In this document: positions 48,668-60,403 of the stretch, piece by piece
How positions within the stretch are numbered: position 1 is the first letter of the stretch
How the letters are laid out: each line of letters begins with the position of its first letter
Source of the DNA: a virus
Taxonomy: Duplodnaviria; Caudoviricetes
Virus record (IMG/VR): IMGVR_UViG_2900588628_000001
Span: 1 to 64,000 of that record
Length of the DNA: 64,000 nt
Strand: one strand, 5' to 3'
Notes under the pieces: generated by a model
Databases searched by the model: none
The model's input: only the letters and a program-made list of their open reading frames with translations
What the model was told of the DNA's origin: nothing
Translations under genes and position numbers: made by a program

Positions 48668-49029
48668 TCGTCTATCTCGCGAAACTGAAAACCCGCAAGG
48701 AAATGGAGCAGACCATACCGCGCGATGAGTGGGGTTGGTGGCACGACGTATGCCCCGGCGAAACGCTCATTCTGCGCGACGCAACGGAGGGCGATTTCAA
48801 GCGCGTCACCATGAATGAGAACACTTCGACCGACCCGACCGACTACCTGTGCGAGACGTGCGAGCGGCCCGCGCTCGTGAGTCGCAAGGCCGTCGAATGG
48901 CTCTCGATTATGGTGCCCGTCACGCACACCGGCGCAACGGTCACGCGCGACAACACGATGCTCACGAAGGCATACGCGCGCGAGGTTTCGGAACACGAGG
49001 CCCGCGAGCGCGCGAAAGCGGAGCTATAA
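48664..49029 (+). CDS. Hypothetical protein
   Basis: GTGA coupling. Confidence 0.55.
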   Translation: MIVYLAKLKTRKEMEQTIPRDEWGWWHDVCPGETLILRDATEGDFKRVTMNENTSTDPTDYLCETCERPALVSRKAVEWLSIMVPVTHTGATVTRDNTMLTKAYAREVSEHEARERAKAEL

Positions 49030-49056
49030 AGCTATCTCCCACAACAGGAGATAATC

Positions 49057-49308
49057 ATGTCCGCTGAATTTGACACCCGTCGTCAGCCCACGCCCGTATG
49101 TCCGACATGCGGCCACGCGCTCACAACCAATGAACTGTCCGGCATCTTGTCGGACCTCGAAGGCTCGCCGGTTGACCTCGTTCGCCTGGCACCCGATGAG
49201 AAGTTCGCACAGATTGCGTGCCCGGTTGCCGAGTGCTGTACGCCGTACTGGATCAGCGGCGGCTATGTGCCGCTGTATGCGACCGGGCTGACGCGCGACG
49301 ACGTCTAA
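49057..49308 (+). CDS. Small zinc-ribbon protein
   Basis: AGGAG RBS; CPTCGH..CP..EC. Confidence 0.6.
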   Translation: MSAEFDTRRQPTPVCPTCGHALTTNELSGILSDLEGSPVDLVRLAPDEKFAQIACPVAECCTPYWISGGYVPLYATGLTRDDV

Positions 49309-49329
49309 CCTGCATTCCCTTTTCGCCCC

Positions 49330-50139
49330 ATGACTCACTACCCGATGAACAACACGGCCGCGAACGCACTGCGCGCGGCATTCGAGCGCGCGTACGAGCA
49401 CGGTGACATACCCTTGCTCATGCCGCACGAGCCCGCGCAGCCGTCGCTCGCGCGTGTCTCGCCGACCACGAACGAGAGGGCGGCGCGCGTTATCGAGCGC
49501 TGCCGGTTCCACATTACCGGGTACGTGCTCAGTGACACATGGGAATTGCGCAAGGCCATCGTTGAGGAAGGCGCGGTGCGCTGGCTTCCCAATCGCGAGG
49601 ATTTCACGCGCGTAATGCAATGGCAGGACACGAAAGGCCCGAACACGCCGCCCGATGAGGCAATCGGCGATGAGCTTATCGGCACGGCCGCGCAGGCCGT
49701 CAGCGCGCCGCCGATGGTTATCGCCGCGCCCGCTGCGCCGTCGCGCCCGGTTCTCACCGCGCCGCCGTCCGCGCGCCTGCTCGAATCGACAGAGGAAGCG
49801 CTTGGCGTGCTCGCGGGCGAGCTTGGATGCGTTCGCAACGAGGATATCCCGCACAACGCGGGCTGGTTCGTGCCCGGCAAGGCCAAAGCCTACGCCAGCG
49901 CGCTCGATGCCATCAAAGGGCTGGTTTCGAGCCTGAAAGCGGGCGGAACGGTGTATGAGAAAAAGGCCGCCGCGCCAAAGGCTGATGTGCCGGGCGACGT
50001 CGCCCACACAGACGCGATGCTTGGACGCGTCGCGAGTGAAATCAGCCAGGTACGTTTCGACAATGAAAAGGCCGGGCTGACTGCGCCGGTCAAGAAAAAG
50101 AGCGCGCCCGTCGATGACAGACAGGACGCGCTTTTCTAG
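49330..50139 (+). CDS. Hypothetical protein
   Basis: 269 aa, converges on the fiber module. Confidence 0.6.
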   Translation: MTHYPMNNTAANALRAAFERAYEHGDIPLLMPHEPAQPSLARVSPTTNERAARVIERCRFHITGYVLSDTWELRKAIVEEGAVRWLPNREDFTRVMQWQDTKGPNTPPDEAIGDELIGTAAQAVSAPPMVIAAPAAPSRPVLTAPPSARLLESTEEALGVLAGELGCVRNEDIPHNAGWFVPGKAKAYASALDAIKGLVSSLKAGGTVYEKKAAAPKADVPGDVAHTDAMLGRVASEISQVRFDNEKAGLTAPVKKKSAPVDDRQDALF

Positions 50140-50842
50140 GCGGGATTGAGCGCGACGTTGATCGCGCCATACGCATACGACACGTTGAACGTGCCGGGCG
50201 CGGGAGTCTGCGCACCGGCCGCGACAGCCGCGTTAGAGAGCGCGCCGAACGACGATTCAGCATCGTAGTTCGAACCTTGGTTGTACTGTGACGTCGATGA
50301 GACGCCCATCGTATAACCGGCTGGCGGCGTGAACACATTCGACACGCTGCCCGAAAAACTCCCCCCTTGCCCCGCGATCAGCAGCAGATACAGCGCTTTC
50401 GGCAGCGTGATCGCAGGGAACACGCACGACGTCGCAGCCGTCGCCTTCTTCGTCACCGGAACGACGGAATTGATCGGGTCGGACTGGTTGACGCCGGACA
50501 GATTCAGAATGCCGATGTTGACGGATTTGACCGTCGCGCCGCTGAATGTGTACGACGCGGGCTCGCTCGCGGTCGCGATCTTGTAGAAGCCGCCGATAAA
50601 GCCGTTGTCGTTGTGCGTGGTGAAAATGAGCGACGTGTGCAGCGTCCACCCCGCGCACGCGAGCGAGAGCGGGCTTTTCGTGTCATCGCAGGTGAACAGC
50701 GCATAGAGCAGGTTGCCCGCGACGATGCCGGACGGTGCCGGAATCGTCGCGCTGCTTGTCTGCGAGCCGCCGTTAGACGAAGACACTACCTGAATGCCCG
50801 AGCCTGCGGGCGGCGCGCGATAGCGCGTTACTGCGGGAATCA

Positions 50843-50846
<4 letters not shown>
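50136..50846 (-). CDS. Beta-rich putative fiber tip / receptor-binding protein
   Basis: S/T/G-rich; [30 protein letters not shown] pattern; coupled to the collagen-like gene. Confidence 0.55.
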
Positions 50847-53103
<2,257 letters not shown>

Positions 53104-53478
53104 GGTGTGCAAAGCCTTGGAAGGTGGGCGATGGCCTGCCTGTACGCCTCTGCACGGTTGCCCTCACATGGATCAACTACGGAGCATCGTTGCGAAGTGC
53201 CGTAGCCGAGCTTGGTGCGTGAGCGCAGGGAGACAGGCCATCGCGGAAACGTGCGGCGGGGCGGCGCGCTTGCGTGATAACCCGTTAGGACTACTTAAGG
53301 CATTTGACATAAACTAAATTATCAAACTCTCAAATGCGAGTCGGTGAGAGTGCGCGAATCCGAATCAATTCCCATTGATCCGCTCGACCGTCCCCACGTT
53401 CGAGCGGCTATGCCGCGCATGTCCTGCGTTTGTTCTGCGGCACTTCGCGCTGCGGTTGGTCCCCATAACTCGACGTCA

Positions 53479-53521
53479 ATTGTCCGGCTCGATACGGCCT
53501 GATACGGCTTGGGTTTTCCTA
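53479..53521 (-). promoter_or_regulatory. Late promoter for the collagen fiber module
   Basis: TAGGAAAA (53521-53514), N29, GACAAT. Confidence 0.7.
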
Positions 53522-53537
53522 CGGCCCTAAAAACCGC

Positions 53538-53567
53538 TTGACACAACCAAACGTGACAACATACATT
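53538..53567 (+). promoter_or_regulatory. Early sigma70 promoter with operator GTGACAACATAC
   Basis: TTGACA-N18-TACATT; operator 53553-53564. Confidence 0.75.
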
Positions 53568-53791
53568 TGAGCCCTAGCAGCAATCTCGCTGCTTTGAACT
53601 AGATGAGGATTCCCATGCTTCTGCGCTCATTCAACTATCGCGACCACTCAATAATAATGACCGCGCTGCGTGTGCAGTTTGTGCGCAGCGCTTCCGCCCA
53701 GGCGTGCCGAGCGGCACTGTCTGAGATAAGACCTCTGTATCAGAGGCACCGCACACGTAAGTCTCCAGACATATAGATTGCGGGAAAGAAA

Positions 53792-54013
53792 ATGAGGCCA
53801 TCGGCCAGAGAATTAAACGAAGCGATTAACGCGTACTCGCGCGCAATCAGAGTCACCCCGCCGCTGATCCAACGCCTCACTGTCGCAGTTGCGCAGGATC
53901 TGGCTAACGAAATGGGCGGCGCGGTGCGCATCATCCTGCCGGGCGGCATCGTCATCGAGCGCGGCCCGCAGGACACCAACGTAAAAGACGCTCGCACGTT
54001 GTTGCGGGCATGA
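53792..54013 (+). CDS. Hypothetical protein
   Basis: 73 aa in early operon. Confidence 0.5.
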   Translation: MRPSARELNEAINAYSRAIRVTPPLIQRLTVAVAQDLANEMGGAVRIILPGGIVIERGPQDTNVKDARTLLRA

Positions 54014-54020
54014 GGGAGCT

Positions 54021-54677
54021 ATGACGGACACAACCAAACGCGAGCCGATAATATCGGCCGACCTGATCGCGCGCACGAAAGACGCGGCGCGCGAGGTATT
54101 CAAGGGCTCATGCTCGACGGCCGACGACGTCATCGAATACATGGGCGGGGTGTTTCAGGTTGCACTCGACCGCAACGCCGCCAATGCTGCGCCTGATCTA
54201 TGGCAACCGATTGCGACTGCGCCGCGCGACGGCTCGAACATCCTGATTAAGTTCGGCAGCGATGGTGTCTCTCAGGCGAAGTACACGCCGGGATGGGCGT
54301 GGCCTTGGATTTTCATCGACACGAACGACGGCATTACGTGGATGATTAATCGCGCCGTCGATGGGCCGGGCGGCCCCTCGCACTGGATGCCGATGCCCGA
54401 TAGCAAGCCGTGCCGATGCCGCCGCCTTGGCGACTGGAATGGCTTGCACCACCCGCTTTGCAGTGAAGCGCCTGCATATGCAAGCGCAGGCCCGCGCGCC
54501 GTCTCCGATACCGACATTCGCATGCTTCACTCGCTCGCGGGGTACATGGCGAATCGCGACGATTCGCCGATGGCGGCGAGCGACCTCGCAAACCTCGCCG
54601 AACGGCTGCGTGCATTCCTGCCTAAGGGCGCGCTGCTGACTCCCATGACTGCCGCACAGGAGAGCCGCAATGTCTGA
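54021..54677 (+). CDS. DUF551-like (Eaa-type) phage protein
   Basis: WQPIATAPRDGS.IL...PSHWMPMP. Confidence 0.7.
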   Translation: MTDTTKREPIISADLIARTKDAAREVFKGSCSTADDVIEYMGGVFQVALDRNAANAAPDLWQPIATAPRDGSNILIKFGSDGVSQAKYTPGWAWPWIFIDTNDGITWMINRAVDGPGGPSHWMPMPDSKPCRCRRLGDWNGLHHPLCSEAPAYASAGPRAVSDTDIRMLHSLAGYMANRDDSPMAASDLANLAERLRAFLPKGALLTPMTAAQESRNV

Positions 54678-55452
54678 AAGAAACGATGCCGCGTTTTATC
54701 TGCGCGCTGCGCTCGACTGGATCGACCACATTCCGCGCGAGGTTGCGGATGCTCTGCCCGCTATGCCCGGCTTTGACCGTGATGAGGCAGAGACAGCCAT
54801 CAAGCGAGCGGAATCCCCGGCCGTCATCGGCGACCATGCTCGACTCGAATCTAGCGTAACCGCTGAATGGCTTGAGGGCTACATTGAAAAGTGGCGCGAC
54901 GCAAAGCCCGAGGAAATGAAGGCCTTGCCAGAAAGTGAACTGTACCAACTGTTGCAAATCACCCGGTACAACATCATTGATATTGCGGAAGTTGCAAGAA
55001 CCGCACTATCCACGCCCGCCGCGCCGCCCCGCTTCCCCACCATGCTGCGCAAAATGTGGAGCGGTCGCGAGGTGCAGGAATGGCTCGATGCGAATGTGCC
55101 GCAGTTGAGCGGTGCGAGCGCGCATGAAGCAGCCACGACCGCAGGCGGCCATATGGTCTACGGCTCACTCGAAGCTATTCAAGCCGTCGTTAGCCTGCGA
55201 ATCAAGGCAAGCCAGCAAGCCGCACCGACGAGCGCGCCCGCCGCCATCGTGCGCGAAAACCCCGACGATATCGGCACGATCATCGAAGCATCGCGCCCGC
55301 TCAACGTCGGAACCAAGCTGTACACGCACGGCAGCACGCTCGATGCGAACGCGGAAATGCTGCGCTCGCGCGGTCTGAATTACTACGCACCGGACGGCAC
55401 GTTTATGAACGCCGACGGCACCCGCTCGATCTTTGATGACGTAGACCAATGA
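54670..55452 (+). CDS. Mosaic hypothetical phage protein
   Basis: LPAMPGFDRD, FPTMLRKMWSG.EVQ.W and DGTRSIFDDVDQ short phage modules. Confidence 0.65.
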   Translation: MSERNDAAFYLRAALDWIDHIPREVADALPAMPGFDRDEAETAIKRAESPAVIGDHARLESSVTAEWLEGYIEKWRDAKPEEMKALPESELYQLLQITRYNIIDIAEVARTALSTPAAPPRFPTMLRKMWSGREVQEWLDANVPQLSGASAHEAATTAGGHMVYGSLEAIQAVVSLRIKASQQAAPTSAPAAIVRENPDDIGTIIEASRPLNVGTKLYTHGSTLDANAEMLRSRGLNYYAPDGTFMNADGTRSIFDDVDQ

Positions 55453-55898
55453 CCAAAATTTGCAACGACTGCCGCAGTGAGCACCCGCTGCATGACGTGG
55501 ATTGCCCGGTTGCCGTCGCGGCCGTGGCGGCGCGTGAGAACAAGCTGCGCACTGCCCTGCTCACGCTCGAAGGGCTTGGCTACACGTACACCGATGGCGC
55601 GGAACGCTGGAGGCCGCCCATTGGTCCGCGCCCGGAATGGCTCGATGAGCCCGGCCCGCCGCTCAGTGAAGCGGAGGAAACGCGCATCGCGAATCTCGCT
55701 ATCGAAGCGGTCACGAAAAGCGGTGTCGCCACGATGACGCGCGAGCAGAAAACGGCGTATCTGACGATGATCGGCCAGGCGGCGCACCAGTTGCTGCGCT
55801 CCGTTGAGGGCGATGCGTATGTGCGCGGATGGCTCGACGCCTCGATTGTTGACCTCAAGCGAGCCCCTTTCCTCACATTCAGGAAACTCGACGCATGA
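55449..55898 (+). CDS. Hypothetical protein
   Basis: ATGA coupling; LGYTY..GAE.W.PP.G. Confidence 0.6.
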   Translation: MTKICNDCRSEHPLHDVDCPVAVAAVAARENKLRTALLTLEGLGYTYTDGAERWRPPIGPRPEWLDEPGPPLSEAEETRIANLAIEAVTKSGVATMTREQKTAYLTMIGQAAHQLLRSVEGDAYVRGWLDASIVDLKRAPFLTFRKLDA

Positions 55899-56272
55899 GC
55901 ACCTTCGCCGACCCCTTGCGCCGCCTGAGTGCCGCGCTTCTGGAGCAAGGCTACAAAACGCGTGTGAGCATCCCGACGGATGATCTTTCCGACCTGCTCA
56001 CCGAATTTCAACGCAGCGACCGTATCGCGCGCGCCGGTATGATGCACACGGCAGAGGGCATGCAGCGTCATCCGTTGCGCGAGCGCTTCGAGGCGTTTTT
56101 CCGCACGCACCCAAGCGCCGAGGGCATTGAACCTGATTCGTCGGCGCACGCTATCGGCAGCGATGGCAAATACACATGGGCGCACAAGCAAGACATGTGG
56201 GACGCGTATCAGGCGGCAATCACGCCGGTAACGTTGCCCGACGACAAGGGAAATCATGAGCAAACGATTTGA
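55895..56272 (+). CDS. Hypothetical protein
   Basis: ATGA coupling; RERFEAF..Y..W.AYQAA. Confidence 0.6.
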   Translation: MSTFADPLRRLSAALLEQGYKTRVSIPTDDLSDLLTEFQRSDRIARAGMMHTAEGMQRHPLRERFEAFFRTHPSAEGIEPDSSAHAIGSDGKYTWAHKQDMWDAYQAAITPVTLPDDKGNHEQTI

Positions 56273-56624
56273 GTTCGAGCGGTTCGACCTGCGCGGGTGC
56301 GCCTGCGACGAATGCGATACGGGCGTGACGCCTCGCGCCGAGTTCGATGGTGAATGGGTCAAGGCGCAGGACGCGCTCGACCGTGAGGCCGTATTGCAGG
56401 CGCGGATTAGCACGCTGGAAGTGCAGTTGAAAGACCGCTGGAAATACTTCAACGAAGCGCTCGCGCGCATCGAAGTGCTGACGAACAAGCCGCGCGCGGA
56501 CCCGCAGTTAGACCATATCGACGCTGACGAACTGACGTTCGATGACTGGCTCGCGGAGTTGACGGATAGTGACAAAGACGCGTTGCTGCGCGAATTGTGG
56601 GAAAGCAAACGGGGCAACGCATGA
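56256..56624 (+). CDS. Hypothetical protein
   Basis: AAGGG RBS; DGEWVK followed by coiled coil. Confidence 0.6.
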   Translation: MSKRFEFERFDLRGCACDECDTGVTPRAEFDGEWVKAQDALDREAVLQARISTLEVQLKDRWKYFNEALARIEVLTNKPRADPQLDHIDADELTFDDWLAELTDSDKDALLRELWESKRGNA

Positions 56625-56830
56625 GCGTCGTCTATACCGCTGACGTGTTCTGCGACGGCGACGGTTGCAGCATGTGGACACATGGCGCGACCGCTGCCGA
56701 TCCGCCGACCATGCGCGAGGCGCGCGCGAATGCCGCAAAAGATCGTTTCGTGCGCCACAAGGGCAAGGACTATTGCCCCTCGTGCGCGAAATCCCTTGGC
56801 CTGCTACCCGCGAAGACTAAGCATGATTGA
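56621..56830 (+). CDS. Small zinc-binding protein
   Basis: CDGDGC..GKDYCPSC. Confidence 0.6.
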   Translation: MSVVYTADVFCDGDGCSMWTHGATAADPPTMREARANAAKDRFVRHKGKDYCPSCAKSLGLLPAKTKHD

Positions 56831-57056
56831 CCTATTCGGCGAAGTGCCGGAAAAGCCGCGTGCGCCGCGCGTGCTTCGAATGCACGTAGTAGATGCAGGC
56901 GATAGCGACGATGACGGCGCGCCAGTGATCGCGAAATTCGCGTGCGCGCGTTGCGGCACTAAGACAGACTGGGTAACGTGCACTTACAGCGACGCGAAGC
57001 GCGGCATCCCCTGCGACACCTGCAATAACCCGCCCACTCAAAAGGAGGCACCGTGA
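56823..57056 (+). CDS. Small zinc-binding protein
   Basis: MHVVDAG..CARCG..RGIPCDTCN. Confidence 0.6.
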   Translation: MIDLFGEVPEKPRAPRVLRMHVVDAGDSDDDGAPVIAKFACARCGTKTDWVTCTYSDAKRGIPCDTCNNPPTQKEAP

Positions 57057-57247
57057 GCGAAGATCGATGCACGAAATGCAAAGGCCTCATTCGGCCGTAC
57101 CATGAAGCAATCCTAGACGACAACGACAAGATGGCACACAAAACCTGCCCGACGGACCTGTTTGGCAAGCCCGTCGATGATGAGTTTGTCGGCGGCGCGC
57201 CCCGCGATCTTTTCTCGACCCTTGGCCTTGAACCCGACGTGAGGTAA
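57053..57247 (+). CDS. Small hypothetical protein
   Basis: AAGGAGG RBS; CxxC..HxxC. Confidence 0.55.
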   Translation: MSEDRCTKCKGLIRPYHEAILDDNDKMAHKTCPTDLFGKPVDDEFVGGAPRDLFSTLGLEPDVR

Positions 57248-57614
57248 GCGTGAGCACGAAAAAGGAATCTCCCGTCGTGCGCGATTTGCTTGAGGAAGCC
57301 TTTCGCATCCTGCAGCACGACACAGGCGAACACAATGAGGAATACGTGTATCTGCGCGGCCAGCTTGCCAAGTCGTTCGAGCAAATCCTGAATCGCCATC
57401 GCACGAACGGACGCCAGAAGTGAAGCGCGAGCCGGTCTATGTGGGCGAGCGGCTAACCGGGCACAACGTCCACTACCCGCCCGTCTATATCACCGTGCGC
57501 GACATGCGCGGCTACGATTCGATCATTCAGGCCCGCCCGGCGCGCGTGGTGTTCGAGCCGATCAAGGGCCAGCCGGGATTATTTGAATAACCCACTCAGA
57601 AAAAGGAGTCCGTT

Positions 57615-57848
57615 GTGCCGAGATTTAAATATGCAGTTGAGCAACGCCTACGCTTCATCGACTGCCTCGTAGCGCATTACGGTTCGGTCAGTCGCGCTGT
57701 ACTCATTGACTATTTCGGTATCTCGATGCCTCAGGCCACTAACGATATCCGTACCTACATTGATGAGTGCGCGCCCGACAACATCGTCTATGACCTGAGG
57801 GCAAAAAAATACGTGCGCACGGCCAATTTCAAGCGAGTATGGGACTGA
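57615..57848 (+). CDS. Stand-alone CapW-type winged HTH domain protein (no WYL domain)
   Basis: VEQRLRFID..G.VSR..LIDYFGIS.PQA..DI..Y...APDNI.YD...K.YV matches the N-terminal wHTH of CapW-like WYL regulators; AAGGAG RBS. Confidence 0.75.
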   Translation: MPRFKYAVEQRLRFIDCLVAHYGSVSRAVLIDYFGISMPQATNDIRTYIDECAPDNIVYDLRAKKYVRTANFKRVWD

Positions 57849-57853
57849 GTGAA

Positions 57854-57882
57854 TTGCACAATCATTCGTGACAACATACAAT
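57854..57882 (+). promoter_or_regulatory. Early sigma70 promoter with operator GTGACAACATAC
   Basis: TTGCAC-N17-TACAAT; operator 57868-57879. Confidence 0.75.
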
Positions 57883-57891
57883 TAAGGCTCA

Positions 57892-58305
57892 ATGACCGCC
57901 ACGAGTGATAACCGCATGAAAATCCTAGTCGATAAAGCCGCGCTCGATGCGCTGCTGAAATCCGCGACGCCGCACCACGAGGGCAGCACGGCGGCCATCG
58001 CCGACGAACTGCGGCTAGATGACCTCGCGAGCGAGGCCGTTGCCGTGGCGGTGCGCAAACAGGGCCGCACGCGCAAACCTAGATCGGAACCGATTGATCC
58101 GCTCGACCAACTGGCAACCATCGTTCTAGGCGTGGCCGAAGCCACGAATCGCCGCCTGAAAGCAGAGGTCGCGGCATCCGATACGGTGATGCAGGTCTAC
58201 CTACGCGCGGTGCTTCACACGGCCATGCGCGCGGGTATTTTCGACCGTGTCACGGCCGCGTTTCAGGCAAAGCACGAAGCCGCCAAAGCGGAGAAAACCG
58301 AATGA
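57892..58305 (+). CDS. Hypothetical protein
   Basis: First ORF after the promoter; start uncertain. Confidence 0.55.
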   Translation: MTATSDNRMKILVDKAALDALLKSATPHHEGSTAAIADELRLDDLASEAVAVAVRKQGRTRKPRSEPIDPLDQLATIVLGVAEATNRRLKAEVAASDTVMQVYLRAVLHTAMRAGIFDRVTAAFQAKHEAAKAEKTE

Positions 58306-58733
58306 AACGGCTGATGAGCTTTCCACAATGTGAGCCTGAGCAAATTGAAGCCGGGCACCGTGATCCTATCCCTGAATCCATCATCGTCAATGGCCGCTCC
58401 GTGCGTAACAGGTTCCGCCGTGGCGAGCGCAAGGCAGGCTATAACGTGATCGCGATTGACGTGAAGATCACGCGGCGTTACGCGTTCGTGAAACTCACCC
58501 GCGAGGCGTATGAGCCCATCGAGCCCGATGCAGGTTCCGACGAGTGGCACATGTCATTCACCGAAAACACCACGTACTACGCTCTATCGCCGGAAGAACT
58601 GGCGAGCGTAGAGGTTGAGATTGAGACGGCCGAAAGTCACGGCGCGCAGGTGTCGCGGCGGGCCGATCTTGCAGAAACAGTCACGCTGTCCGCTACGTTC
58701 GACTATGCCGGATATGCTGCGAGGACGTTATGA
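58302..58733 (+). CDS. Hypothetical protein
   Basis: ATGA coupling. Confidence 0.55.
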   Translation: MKRLMSFPQCEPEQIEAGHRDPIPESIIVNGRSVRNRFRRGERKAGYNVIAIDVKITRRYAFVKLTREAYEPIEPDAGSDEWHMSFTENTTYYALSPEELASVEVEIETAESHGAQVSRRADLAETVTLSATFDYAGYAARTL

Positions 58734-58888
58734 CGCAAACGGACGCCGAGCAAGCGAGGCTCAACGAATACGACGCGAACGAATGGTTCGACGTGGTTCG
58801 CTCTTTCAGGCCCGACATGACGCGCGAGCAGTTCGACGTTATGTGGGCGGATTTTCAGGAACAGAAGCGCCTGCGCGCATTGCATTGA
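58730..58888 (+). CDS. Small hypothetical protein (MTQTDAEQARLNEYDANEWFDV...)
   Basis: GAGG RBS, ATGA overlap; 52 aa, below the track cutoff. Confidence 0.5.
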   Translation: MTQTDAEQARLNEYDANEWFDVVRSFRPDMTREQFDVMWADFQEQKRLRALH

Positions 58889-58895
58889 GGATCAA

Positions 58896-59225
58896 ATGGG
58901 AATGCACCTTTGGGCGAAAGATGATCTGAGTACGGATCTGCGCTGGCGCGATGCAGGCGGATTGGTTATCGCGCTCGCCCGGCCTTTCGACAACCACGCT
59001 CAACGCGATCCGTTCAGAGACGATATGGACAACATTTCGCCCGAGGCTACGGCACGCCTCGAAGCGGACGCGCCGACCGACCTAGAAGCGTTTCGCACGT
59101 ATTGCCTCGAACGCCACGGCCGCCGCGAGTTTGTAGCCGCACTCGATACCGATGGCCTTAGACAGATTCGCACGTTCATTTCCGCCTGCGCGCAGCTTGG
59201 CGGCGGCATTACCGTTTCGTTTTAG
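58896..59225 (+). CDS. Hypothetical protein
   Basis: GAGGA RBS. Confidence 0.6.
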   Translation: MGMHLWAKDDLSTDLRWRDAGGLVIALARPFDNHAQRDPFRDDMDNISPEATARLEADAPTDLEAFRTYCLERHGRREFVAALDTDGLRQIRTFISACAQLGGGITVSF

Positions 59226-59235
59226 CGAGGATTGA

Positions 59236-59613
59236 ATGAAGGTGTCTGAACTCACCGGCGCGACGCTCGATGTATGGGTTGCTATCGCCCTGGGCGAAAA
59301 GCGCAGCGAGCGGCATATTCACAATCAGACCGCACCGCATATGTACTGGCTCGCCTATGGCGAGCGCGGCGCGGCGCGCGTGTGCCCGCAGTATTCGAGC
59401 AATCCACGCGATGCTATGACTGTCATCGAGCGATTCAAGCCAACGCTTGAATACCGCCCGGCAATCAATGAGTGGGCGTCAAACGTCCCGCACCGTGACG
59501 GCCTTTGGAGAACCGGATTCGGCGAGACGGCAGCGATTGCCGTGTGTCGTGCGGTTGTGCTGGCGCACTTTGGCTACGACGTTCAATTTGATACAAAGGA
59601 TGAACCGGCATGA
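59236..59613 (+). CDS. NinX-family phage protein
   Basis: VSELTGATLDVWVA..YSS..A..VIER..GET..IAVCRA.V. Confidence 0.7.
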   Translation: MKVSELTGATLDVWVAIALGEKRSERHIHNQTAPHMYWLAYGERGAARVCPQYSSNPRDAMTVIERFKPTLEYRPAINEWASNVPHRDGLWRTGFGETAAIAVCRAVVLAHFGYDVQFDTKDEPA

Positions 59614-59885
59614 AAGTACAGTTTCACTATTCATTTGCATCGAGCGACGACCATATCGATTTTACAATCGATCTAGATCATATTCCGCGCGAGGGAGAGT
59701 ATCTCGATATCAGCCGTGATTTATTTCCATCCGATTATCCCGAGCAAAAATTGAAGGAAAAGTTCGGCGAAGAACTGGGTATTTACGGAAGTGTTTCGAT
59801 GATGGTTGATTTTGTGACGCACAAAATTGGTCGATCAGGCCACGAAATCGCTATTTCGTTCGCTCTCCCCAGTGACCTCGAATGA
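59610..59885 (+). CDS. AT-rich hypothetical protein
   Basis: ATGA coupling; lower GC. Confidence 0.55.
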   Translation: MKVQFHYSFASSDDHIDFTIDLDHIPREGEYLDISRDLFPSDYPEQKLKEKFGEELGIYGSVSMMVDFVTHKIGRSGHEIAISFALPSDLE

Positions 59886-59899
59886 TTCGATGACCCGAT

Positions 59900-60283
59900 A
59901 TGAATCAAAGTGAAATTAGCAAGGCGGTTGTTGAGGCCCTTGCACGAGCAAACGGTGCAGGATGTAATGTACGAGCAAGATACACAGAATGTGCGCTTAC
60001 GGTGGGCGTGCCGGGAATGGGCGGTTTTGAATGGATTGACGCCACCCCTGAGCAGGTTCTAAGGCTGGCCGATGACCCTACGGCTATTTATGCCGAACTC
60101 GTCGGTCTCACGAAAGCTGAATACCTCGAATGGTTTGAATCGCAAGGGCTTGTCTACTGCTCAGGAACGACAGTGAAGGGGCAGCGCTGCAAAAATCCTA
60201 TCGTGAGGCCTCAAGCCCTGTCGGCACAAGACTGGAAAAAGCTTCGCGAAGACGGCGGCTACTGCCACGCACACGGCGGCTAA
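59900..60283 (+). CDS. Hypothetical protein with C-terminal C-C-C-H Zn motif
   Basis: CSGTTVKGQRCKN..YCHAHGG. Confidence 0.6.
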   Translation: MNQSEISKAVVEALARANGAGCNVRARYTECALTVGVPGMGGFEWIDATPEQVLRLADDPTAIYAELVGLTKAEYLEWFESQGLVYCSGTTVKGQRCKNPIVRPQALSAQDWKKLREDGGYCHAHGG

Positions 60284-60309
60284 AGCCACAAACATTTTTC
60301 TAGCAGCAC

Positions 60310-60363
60310 AAAGCGCTCCCTCGCCTACTCCAACGGCGCGAACAGAGGGAGCGCTTTCTTTTT
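60310..60363 (+). terminator. Intrinsic terminator
   Basis: AAAGCGCTCCCTC / GAGGGAGCGCTTT followed by a T run. Confidence 0.6.
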
Positions 60364-60403
60364 CCTAGCCTATAATTCGTGATTTTGGACCGAGCATCAC
60401 GAA

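Noticed and set aside
60360-60367. Extra TAGGAAAA box
   Set aside because: It is the T tract of a + strand terminator; no downstream -10 element or late gene.
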